Notes under the pieces: model-generated | Told to the model about the DNA's origin: nothing | The model's database searches: none | Seen by the model: only the letters and a program-made list of their open reading frames with translations | Position numbers and translations under genes: made by a program | Assembly: GCF_006345805.1 (NCBI RefSeq) | Contig: NW_021832310.1 | Span: 1 to 31,378, forward strand | Reading direction: 5' to 3' | DNA length: 31,378 bases | From: Octopus sinensis | Taxonomy: Eukaryota | Shown here: positions 12,445-23,319 of the stretch, piece after piece | Layout of the letters: every line of letters begins with the position of its first letter | How positions within the stretch are numbered: position 1 is the first letter of the stretch

Positions 12445-13625
12445 ATATATATATATACATACACACACACATATATATATACACACATACAAACACACAC
12501 ACTCACTCACACGCACGCACACACACACACACACACACGCACACACACACACACACTAGAAAAAGAGTCAATGTAGAAAATACCTCATTTTAGGTGCCTA
12601 ATTCAACTGAAAATTATTTATATATGTGTGTGTGTGTGTGAGTGTATGTATATGTATATGTATATATACATACAAACACACTTTCAGTATTTTCCAAGTA
12701 TTGTATACACAGACAGTCAGTCAGTACAGACGCGCGAATGGAAAAATACATACATGTCTTCATAAGCATTATATATCTATCTATGTATCTATACAAATGT
12801 ACAGGAGCATACACACACTCACAAACACACACACACACAGACATATACACACACATACACATATATATATATACATATATGTATAGGCCCATTTTTTTTC
12901 TTGACCCAGATAATCAAATAATATTTCACACATATTATTATATCGATAAGTCAGAAAATATATTGCCCTAATCGATAATTTTGCGTGCGCATACATACAA
13001 ATATATATATATATATATATATGAATATATATGTGTGTATGTATGTGCGTTTGTGACGGTGTACACATATGTGTGTACGGGTCTATATATCTCTTTGTAT
13101 TTTTATTACGAATGTGAATATGTATTAGATGCGCTGATGTGCGCCATGGGATTTCTCTGTGTGTGTTTTATCAAAGAAATGTGGAAGTGTTCATATAAAG
13201 CATTAGTTTCAACGAGAGAATGTATGTATAGATGTAAGTACGAATTCTATATAGGTGTAGACATCCACGCAGGCGCACACACACACACACACATACACAT
13301 TCATAAATGTAAACGTACTCATCAGACATACATACATACACACATACATGAACGCTAATATATATAAATATAAATATATATATATACATATAATACATAT
13401 ATATGCATATATACATATGATATAATGTATAGATATATATATATGTGTGTTGCTGTGTAATATATATATTATATATATATATATACATATAAACCTATAT
13501 ATGCATATATTTATATATATACTCATATGTGTATATTTACATATATATATTTATACACACATACACACACACATATGTATATTCATATATGTGTGTGTGT
13601 GTGTGTATATATATATATTTATATG
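12445..13625. repeat. Interrupted (TA)n/(CA)n/(TG)n microsatellite field
   Basis: Multiple imperfect dinucleotide arrays with short unique spacers. Confidence 0.9.
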
Positions 13626-13663
13626 CCCTTGGCACTATATTGATATTTGTAGTGTGTCCACCG

Positions 13664-13826
13664 AATCGATGAAGGACCGTATGAGCGCCGCTGTTTATGA
13701 ATGAGTCTATGGTATGTGTTGCAATGTTTTTTGCTTTTTTGTGTGTATGTCCTGGGTTTTGTGCCAATACATAAACACACAGATACATACTCATGCATAC
13801 ATACATATGCATACACACATATGTAT
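13664..13826 (-). repeat. Right arm of long inverted repeat
   Basis: Reverse complement of 11767-11957. The ORF track also shows it as the duplicated peptide VLQCF..FCVYVLGF.PIHKHTDTYSCIH on opposite strands. Confidence 0.95.
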
Positions 13827-13879
13827 ATATATATATACGCATTCAAACAAACAGACGCGTATTTCTTTTTAATTGGTTT

Positions 13880-14120
13880 TTTGTTTTTGTTGTTGTTCAG
13901 CCCAAGGTCATTTATGATCGAATGGACCGATGATCAAAGGCAATCTATTCATGATCATACATCACGTCTGCTTCCTGTGTGTAAGGGAGCGCAAGACCAG
14001 ATTATCCCAACGCGTCCCTCTCTAACTTTACAGACGAGTTACGATGTCAGAAATATGCGTTTGCTATTTCTAGCATGACGGATGTCCACATGGAGTCTCT
14101 CTCATTGGTTCGTTTAGTCG
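13880..14120. mobile_element. Unclassified degenerate interspersed repeat (recalled as common in Octopus)
   Basis: TTGTTCAGCCCAAGGTCA..TGATCGAATGGACCGATGATCAAAGGC..TGCTATTTCTAGCA resembles a repeat I recall. Single copy here, unverified. Confidence 0.35.
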
Positions 14121-14139
14121 ACATACTTCATGAATCAAT

Positions 14140-15355
<1,216 letters not shown>

Positions 15356-15498
15356 TGCGCTCGTTCTACTTTGTTGAATGCTTAACTGTTAAGAATCATC
15401 TGTTGCTCTTCGTCTATGCACAGAACAGACCTACTTCAAAGGCTACAATTTCGTAAATTGGAACTTGTTTTCATGCTGGAAACATTACATTTACCTAC

Positions 15499-15568
15499 TG
15501 ACATTCAACATCAATCACGGTCGATAGTCGCTGATGGACTCTAGTGTACAACAAAATATGCAGAAGGT
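15499..15568 (-). other. Candidate 70-nt exon (unverified)
   Basis: Minus-strand acceptor TTTTTGTGTTTTTACAG and donor CA|GTAGGT. One frame is open: LLHILLYTRVHQRLSTVIDVEC. No homology recognised. Confidence 0.2.
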
Positions 15569-15601
15569 CTGTAAAAACACAAAAATTGGATATATGTGTA
15601 T

Positions 15602-15666
<65 letters not shown>

Positions 15667-15719
15667 TTATCAAAAATTCAACAAGAGGAGGTTCAACAGA
15701 AACACGATATCTACTGCCA

Positions 15720-16430
15720 TCACTACCAATAAACAACATCATTACGACTACCACCATCACTATCACAACCACTACCATCACCATCGACCATTAATCACTA
15801 TCAACACTATTATCTCCACCGCAGCAATCATATCCGCGATTACGATAAGCACCACATCCACGACTACCACCATCGCTACCACCGCCATCAGGAGCAACTA
15901 CCAACACCACCACTACTCTAACTGCAGAACACCAGCACCAGCACAAACACCGACACAGAGACCAACGCTATCACCACCACCACCAGCACCGTCACCACCA
16001 CCACCACTACCACCACCACCACCACTCCACCTGCGGAACACTAGCACCAACACCAATGCTCTCACTACCAGTACTACTACTACTACAACTACTACTACTA
16101 CTACCACCACCACCATCACCAACGACACCACGACCGCCGCCGCCGCCGCCGCTACCATCACCACCACCACCACCACGACCGCAACCGCCCCCACCGCCAC
16201 CGCCGTCACCACCACCACCACTACCACCTCTACCTCCACCACCGTCTCTAGCCCATATCACCAGGAATGCCGCCGCCGCCGCCGCGCCGCCACCACCACC
16301 ACCACCACCACCACCACCACCAACGAGAAAAACAACAACAACATCTTTACCATTATCAATCACCAACACCAGTATAGTCACTGCCTCCTCCCACCAATCT
16401 GCCATCACCACCTCTACCTCCACCTCCTCC
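15720..16430. repeat. (CAC)n/(TAC)n/(GCC)n imperfect trinucleotide block
   Basis: Direct inspection; gives poly-Pro/Thr/Gly/Val ORFs. Confidence 0.92.
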
Positions 16431-16616
16431 GGAAGGGTATTATAAACGATAACAATTCAAAAAAACTTGCCTTTAAAGTTTACGCAGACGCCATTTTGAT
16501 GTCCTGCGTTTAAAAAATAAACAAACGTAGGATATACACGAAATATATATTAAGAAATATCAAGAGATACAATTATAAAAAATCAGTAAAATGTAAAACA
16601 AACACTGCCACTAACG

Positions 16617-16955
16617 TTGCTGGTGCTGATGGTGATGGTGATGGTTATGGTGGTAGCGATGGTGGCGACGATGATGGTGATGGAGATGGTGATACTGATG
16701 ATGATGGATTTGGTGGTGCTAGTGATGCCTATACCGATGATGATGATAATGATGATGATGAGAAGGAAGAGGAGGGAAACGAGAATATGGAAGAAGAAGA
16801 AGAAGAAGAAGAAGAAGGAGAAGAAGAAGAGGGGTAGTAGGAGCAGGAGAAAGATGTGGAATGAGTAAAAGGTGAAGAACGAAGAAAAGAAGGAAAAATA
16901 GGAGGCGAAGGAGGAAAAGAAGGAGGAGTAGCAGGGGAGAAGAAGGAGGAAGTAA
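16617..16955. repeat. (GAT/GGT)n then (GAA/GGA)n purine-rich trinucleotide block
   Basis: Direct inspection. Confidence 0.92.
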
Positions 16956-17204
16956 TGTTGAAAGTAGTTGTGGTGTTTCGTTTCAGGTCAGTTCTGTTTA
17001 AGTATAATACCTATTTATTACGTTCAAAAGCGTTGCACTTCCGATCGGGTTGTCTTCAAGTTAAGTGTATCCTTTTAGAGTGCGATATAAGAAAAATATA
17101 CGTAATCAACCTGATTTCACCATTAACAATATATCTGACGTCAATTTTGAAGCAAGTCTGTGTTAGCATCAACTTCTCAAAGCTTGTATTAATATAACGT
17201 TTAT

Positions 17205-17550
17205 GTTTTATCCTTTATATGTGTCAGTCATTGGACTGCATCAATGCTGGGGCACCGCCTTCAAGGGTTTCAGTCAAACAAATCGGGGTCAATACTTGTT
17301 TTTTTTTTATTTTAAAGTCTCTTTCTTATTATATTGAAGTTCTTTTGTTGAATGGCTAAGTTAAAGGAGCATAGACCAACCAATATCAGTTGTCAAGTAT
17401 TGAGGGTGGCAGACACAAACACACACATGCCCGCACGCACCCACGTATGAACGACGGACTTTTGTAATTTTCTATCAACAGAATACATTCGCAAGGCCTT
17501 GGTCAGTCCGGAGCTATAATAGGAGACACGTGCTCAAAGGGTCAGGCAAT
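17205..17550 (-). mobile_element. Old, 5'-truncated SINE family K
   Basis: GTCAGTCATTGGACTGCATCAATGCTGGGGCACCGCCT..GTTGTCAAG..GCAAGGCCTTGGTCAGTCCGGAGCTATAATAGGAGACAC is collinear with 11020-11320. Confidence 0.8.
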
Positions 17551-17693
17551 AGTTTTAAGATTAAAATATTTCTGTAGAAACCTCAAAACCCCTTGACCAC
17601 TGTCCGGTAACTGGAAAAAAAATCAGATAAGAGAGTATAACCGTGGGGAAATATCTTTCTATAACCAAACTGAGTAAATTTCATATATACCAA

Positions 17694-17741
17694 GTGATCC
17701 CGTGATCACGTGATCCCGTGATCACGTGATCGAGCAGACTA
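17694..17741 (-). mobile_element. 3' tail remnant of head B/tail 2 SINE with expanded GTGATCMC repeats
   Basis: GTGATCAC-GTGATCGAGCAGACTATT aligns 22/27 with the reverse complement of the 9786-10097 tail, GTGATCACCGTGACCGACCAGGCTATC. Confidence 0.6.
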
Positions 17742-18105
17742 TTTTTCTTGTTTGTCTCAATTGGAATCAAATAAAGAAAGCCCCTCCCCATTGATAAATC
17801 TAAATAACAAAGTGAACTCAGTGATTACAAATCTACAGATGGGGAAAGACCTTCTACTACCATGTTCTTAATGATAAAATTAACCTCTCTGTCTATATAT
17901 CTGCCATCTTTGTAATGTTGGCAAATGAAATAAGTATAAAAATGCACATTGTCTATTTAATTAAAAAAATCTATATGTGGCTGAAGGTTGCTTTACATTT
18001 TAAAACTGATGTAATACTTAAATTGTTTAATAAAATGAAGTAGCATGAAACGATTGTACTACACTACCTTGGATATCCTTGTTGCTTGTTTTAAGTATAT
18101 ATATA

Positions 18106-18501
18106 TCTTTATATATAAAAGTCAAGTTGTGCGTCTGTCTCCTACGATTTAGATTCCTAACTACTCCCACATTTTGCGGTGCAGTTTAACCAAAACCGGG
18201 TATCTTATAGTCGTGATTCATATCGAGCTCTTCTGGGTATTAACGCGCGTCTACGATGAGTCTACGATTAAAAAAAAATTTACCATAATTTTTTCCATTT
18301 TAATGCATTTTTTTCGCTATTATATAAAGAAAGTAACTCTCTAAAAATGTCTACGATGAGTCAACGATTTAAAAAAAAATTTACCATCATTTTCTTTCCA
18401 TTTTTAATGCATTTTTTTGCTATTTTTTGGCTATAACTCTCTAAAAATGCTTATATAGTTATTTCCCTTACAAACCCGAGCAACACCGGGCGATACTGCT
18501 A

Positions 18502-18502
<1 letters not shown>
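18106..18502 (+). mobile_element. Non-autonomous Helitron, 397 bp
   Basis: Inserted between A and T. 5' TCTTTATATATAAAAG; 3' hairpin CCCG-AGCAACAC-CGGG (18475-18490), followed 8 nt later by CTAG (18499-18502) and T. No TSD. Internal 100-bp tandem duplication at 18249-18348 / 18349-18448. Confidence 0.9.

Positions 18503-18560
<58 letters not shown>
18503..18560. repeat. (TA)n microsatellite
   Basis: Direct inspection. Confidence 0.97.
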
Positions 18561-18561
<1 letters not shown>

Positions 18562-18562
<1 letters not shown>

Positions 18563-18621
18563 ACCGGTATTCCATCGGTTACGATGACGTGTTTTCCAGT
18601 TGATTTGATCAACGGAACACC
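18562..18621 (-). mobile_element. 3' end fragment of tail 4 SINE
   Basis: GTATTCCATCGGTTACGATGACG..CCAGTTGATTTGATCAACGGAA resembles 10590-10645 (GTACTCCATTGGCTACGATAGTG..CATCTGATCCGATCAACAGAA). Confidence 0.65.
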
Positions 18622-18784
18622 CTGCGTGGTACCTTGGGCAAGTGTCTTCTACTATAGTCTCGGCCTGCCTGGACGCTTGTGAGTGGATTTGGTGGAGGGT
18701 TTATGAAAGAAGCTCATTATATAGATAGATAAATATATGCATATATCTCTTGATAGATAAATAGAAAGATAGATATATGTAAAC

Positions 18785-18820
<36 letters not shown>

Positions 18821-18867
18821 TTGTGTATGTGTGTGTATGTATGTATGTATGTATGTATGTATGTATG

Positions 18868-18900
<33 letters not shown>

Positions 18901-19103
18901 GTGTGTGTGCATGTATGTCTCTTTGTCCGTGATCACTGTTTAATAAGCGGTGTTGATGTGTTTAGGTCTTTGTAACCGAGTGGTTCGACAAAAGAGATTG
19001 ATAGAATATTAGTAGTTTTTCGATTCATTCTACAAAAAATTCTTCAAGGTGGTGCCCCAGCCTGACCACAATCTAATGAGTGAAACAAGTAAAGGATAAA
19101 AAA
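18622..19103 (+). mobile_element. 5'-truncated SINE family K with expanded internal microsatellite
   Basis: CTGCGTGGTACCTTGGGCAAGTGTCTTCTACTATAG..TGTGAGTGGATTTGGT, then about 200 bp of TA/TATG repeats (18718-18920), then AAGGTGGTGCCCCAGCCTGACCACAATCTAATGAGTGAAACAAGTAAAGGATAAAA. Confidence 0.88.
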
Positions 19104-20854
19104 TATCAAAAGGTGGTACGAAATCGAAAACATAAACTCAAAGAATTCTAAATAATATCAAAGAACCAAAATCGTCATGCTATCAATCCTTGAGAGCATT
19201 TAATGTTAGAATTCATCACTGAATTTCCATAGTAATATAGATGGCGTGAGGGTATCTAAGCTGGTATAAAAACATGAAATCTACCTTCAAAATTTGCAGA
19301 AATATCTATTTGAACGACGACGTATGGAACTTAGTATCAGATGCCAAAAACGAAAATGAAAACAAAGCAAAACGTCAATAATCACTGAATATATATTCAG
19401 TATCGCATAGCGAAGTATGGTAAGCATTATCGATAAATATAATCGATTTACAAAAGTAAGTATCAAACCATGAAAGTATCAAATCAATTTATAAAGATCA
19501 GATATCAAAGTGTCCATGAATGTATGAGAGTAGTTTTGAAATAGCTCAAATCTGTATCAATTTATCACAAAATCAGAGTCTCAAAGCATCAATGTATGAA
19601 AGTCTGAAACAAACACCAATCAATGATCAAACAGGGATCGATCATCAAACGCTCAAAATTAGTATCACTACATCAAAGTCTCAAGGTCAGTACGAATGCA
19701 TTGATATAAGACAAATGTTACTAATGCTTCCAAAAATAGGAAAATAGGCATTGAAGTGTAACAAATGTACCAACATGAGTTTCAACTCATTTGATAATGG
19801 AAATTAGATACTCTGCGAGTATCAACGACTGAATCGATATACAAAAAAAGATGCCATAGACGTGTGGATATCAATTTCATCAGTATCAGCATAAAATCCA
19901 TTAACTTATCAAAATGAGTACCAAGTACGAAAGTCGGTGCATGATATTAAATATAGCTTCAGAAATCTGAATCAGTATCAAGCTTTTGACTGAATGCACA
20001 CGAGTAACAAATAATTAAACTTAGATCAAAGCGTGCACAATCTCACACTATCTAATTTAGTACTAAAGGTTCAGATTATCAAATAGAGTGCTAATGTGCC
20101 GAAATCCTTATCAAAGAAACAAAGACGAGCTTCAAGAGACCACCGAATTATTAAAGTGCCCAAGTTAGCAGTTAGTTCTTAGAGTGCATTACTGTGATAA
20201 ATTAGATTGTTAAATATTAAAGTAAATACTATATTATAATAACAGAAAAAAAGCTTTGCATAAAATCATCGAAATTACTATCAACTTTTAAGTTTAGTAA
20301 ATGTCAAGAGAGTGAATGATAATAACTGCTTGATATGAAAATATTAATTTCGGCATTTTAGTATTACAAGGTCAAATAAGTACAAGGTCAAATAAGGGAA
20401 GGGAGTGTAAAATATATCGAACTCGGGAATATTGTAATGTCAAAGTGAACATCAGTGTAAGAAGAATAGAACCAAAAGGCATTCAATAATCAGATATTCT
20501 TACACAGAGTATGAATGGATTAAGTCTGTATCGACACATCAAGTCTCAAAGTAGGTTTCAAGTGTTAATTCAATACTCTAAACAAGAATGTGATTAAGAA
20601 TGTGTTTAAATATTAAATCCGGTATCAAATATGGAAATATCAAATCAAGTATTAAAGTTTATTAGCTTCAAATATCAAATGTATTTCATTATGATATCTA
20701 GTTCAAGGATCAAATATAATAGACTTCACAATGAGGCATCAAGCTGTTAAAATAAGTCCCATGGTAATGTTCAAGTCTTAATCTTTCAAAGTTGAATTTT
20801 AGAGTATAGAATATCATTGTGTATCAAAAAGTTTGAGGGGACGAGAACAAGTAG

Positions 20855-21615
20855 GCTATACCGAACCCCAATACATGGCTGGTATCTATTTTATTGAGCC
20901 TGAAAGGAAGAAAGATAAAGTAGACCTCAACGGAATGTAAACACAGAACGTGTTAGCTTCTTTTCTACTCTAGGCACAAGGCCCGAAATTTTTGGGAGGG
21001 GGCTAGTCGATTAGATTAACTGCAGTACGTAACTGGTACTTAATTTATCGACCCCGGAAGGAGGAAAGGCAAATTCGACCTCGGCAGAATTTCAACCCAT
21101 AATAATCTTTTCTACTCTACGCACAAGGTCCGAAATCTTTGAGGGCGGTTGCAGTCGATTAGATCGACCTCAATACGCAACTGGTAATTAATTTATCCAT
21201 CCCGAAAGTATGAAAGGCAAAGTCGACCTCCGCGAAATCTGAATTCAGAACATAAAGACAGACGAAATACCGCTAGGCATTTCCCCCAGCGTGCTAACGT
21301 TTCCTATTTCTTTATTGCCCACAAGGGGATAAACATAGAGGAGACAAACAGGGACAGACAAAGAGATTAAGTTGATTAGATCGACCTCAGTGCGTAACTG
21401 GTGCTTAATTTATCGACCCCCAAAGGATGAAAGGCAAAGTCGACCTCGGCGGAATTTGAACTTAGAACGTAAAGACAGACGAAATACCGCTAAGTACTTC
21501 GCCCGGCGTGCTTAACGTTTCCGCCAGCTCGCTGTCTTAGAACATGTTACCTTCTGAGGAAGAAATACCGCTCGAAATTTTGTCCGACCTGGTGATTCCG
21601 TCAGCGAAATATCCT
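20855..21615 (-). mobile_element. Old family M SINE split by a younger family M multimer
   Basis: Old head at about 21550-21615 (GAAATACCGCT) and old body at 20855-20955. They are separated by an insert flanked by AGAACGTGTTA (20945-20955) / AGAACATGTTA (21539-21549). Confidence 0.75.
20956..21538 (-). mobile_element. SINE family M trimer (X unit + Y unit + partial Y unit)
   Basis: Unit 1 at about 21537-21303 has the head and tail X. Unit 2 at about 21302-21100 starts at AAACGTTAGCACG and has tail Y. Unit 3 at about 21095-20958 starts near the B box and has tail Y. Confidence 0.9.
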
Positions 21616-22691
21616 TTACGTATAAAATATTAAAATCCATATTAAAATATTGCAGTCAGCATGAAACATAAAATGGCGCAAATTTGACTTACAATCGTTG
21701 TATGAAACACAATGACAAGTGTGAATGCGAATATAGTGTACAAGCATCATCAAAATATCAAAGGTCATAAACTGGGAAAAAAATGTGATTTTGTATCTAA
21801 GTAAAAAATGTAGTGGTAACATACACGAGTATTAGCATATCTGATAAAGTATCGAAGTATGAAATAATTAGTGCTTATTAGACTAACAAACTTTGTCTAA
21901 TAGTATTAAGTTATTAACGTCACACTTCCCTTAAAATTCAATATTTTACCGCATGTGACGTTAAATTATCTAAGTTTAATCTATTTGTATATTAAAGCAA
22001 ATTTTTGAAGTAGGTATATGTCATCATTAGGTGTAATGTATTATATTATTTAAGTTAACACGAAATAGTCGAGTTAGTATTAATATTAGTATAGATTTCT
22101 ATATCACAATAATATTTATGTGTGAAAGTAAGTTTTCAATTTATCTGCAAATGCAACAGCGTTCAAATCAGAATGAATAATCAAACCGAGTTCCAAGTAT
22201 TAATTCACTAACACGCGCGCGCGCCTATAGTTACTGTTGGTATATCAGATATCAAAGACACAAAATGGCGGCATTTTAGAACGATTAGAATCAGCTCCAG
22301 ATGTCTGTATCAAATTAGCAAAACCAGAATAATAAAGCAGGAAAATATGGTGGCACAATGTCAAATTTAAAAGTTAATATCTGATACAAAATCAGCACCA
22401 ACACAACAACAAAAAAAAAACATGTAAATACATTATTTTGAAAGTGCTAAGAATAGAAAAGAAAATTTTAAAGTAAAAAGTTAAGTTTCAAATTACAGAA
22501 ATGAGTTTCAAAATGTGGGTTTCCATTATTTCCATTATTTACATTATTTACATTTAACGGATATTTGTCCTCATCTTGTTTGTTGTTAACCCAACGTTTC
22601 GGCTGATATACAGCCCAGTCTTCATCAAATGTCTTGGAGAAATTTCGAACATGGGTTCTCATTCTTGAGGTATTTTCCGATGCTGTTGTTG

Positions 22692-22762
<71 letters not shown>

Positions 22763-22825
22763 GTTATTAATATTATTATTATTATTATTATTATTATCAT
22801 CATTATTATTATTATTATTATTATT

Positions 22826-23270
22826 TTCTGTCTTACTTCAAATTTTCTTCAATTTCTCGCCGGGTGTTTTCCGTACACCTAGAGCAGAGAAGCTCATTGA
22901 ATGCATTCCTATATTACACACGCAAATTCACAGGTAAAATATGTATTTAAAAAAGTTAATAAATAAATTCATGAATGGATGTTGTTTTCACAGCGATAAT
23001 GCTCTTTTCAGTACATGAGTCGTTCCAGTTAACACGACTTTTTGCACTTTCTGTAGGGATGGTAAACCTGGTATCATTTTCAAATAGGTTTCAGTACCTT
23101 TTTTTTTTATCATTCTTAGAGATTCTACAATCACTGTTACTGTAATCGCCTTGAAACGCCACATTTTTTTCAATTTCTATAAGCAAGTCTTTATATTTAC
23201 TGATTTTGTCAAATTCTTTTGCTGCTATATTGTGATCGCAAGGAATACTCATGTCAATTAATAAACAATT
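22826..23270 (-). mobile_element. 5'-truncated R4/Dong-like non-LTR retrotransposon (3' end)
   Basis: Coding remnant 23270-22988, putative 3' UTR 22987-22826, ending in an (AAT)n tract. Confidence 0.85.
22988..23270 (-). pseudogene. Restriction-like endonuclease C-terminus of R4/Dong-type LINE, frameshifted
   Basis: CLLIDMSIPCDHNIAAKEFDKISKYKDLLIEIEK / MWRFKAITVTVIVESLRMIKKKGTETYLKMIPGLPSLQKVQKVVLTGTTHVLKRALSL*. This fits the IDxxxP..KE.K..KY.DL..EI...W....VP+++G.LG pattern of RLE-type LINE C-termini. One extra A in the A-run near 23165 shifts the frame. Confidence 0.85.
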
Positions 23271-23275
23271 ATTAT

Positions 23276-23319
<44 letters not shown>

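Noticed and set aside
16056-16445. Poly-proline ORF resembling a formin FH1 or WASP segment
   Set aside because: It lies wholly within a (CAC/GCC)n block that is open in several frames and on both strands. It has no FH2 or other domain and no convincing splice sites.
17694-17733. Array of GTGATCMC units with two CACGTG E-box palindromes
   Set aside because: It aligns to the 3' tail repeats of the head B/tail 2 SINE (10065-10097), so it is a TE remnant rather than evidence of an enhancer.
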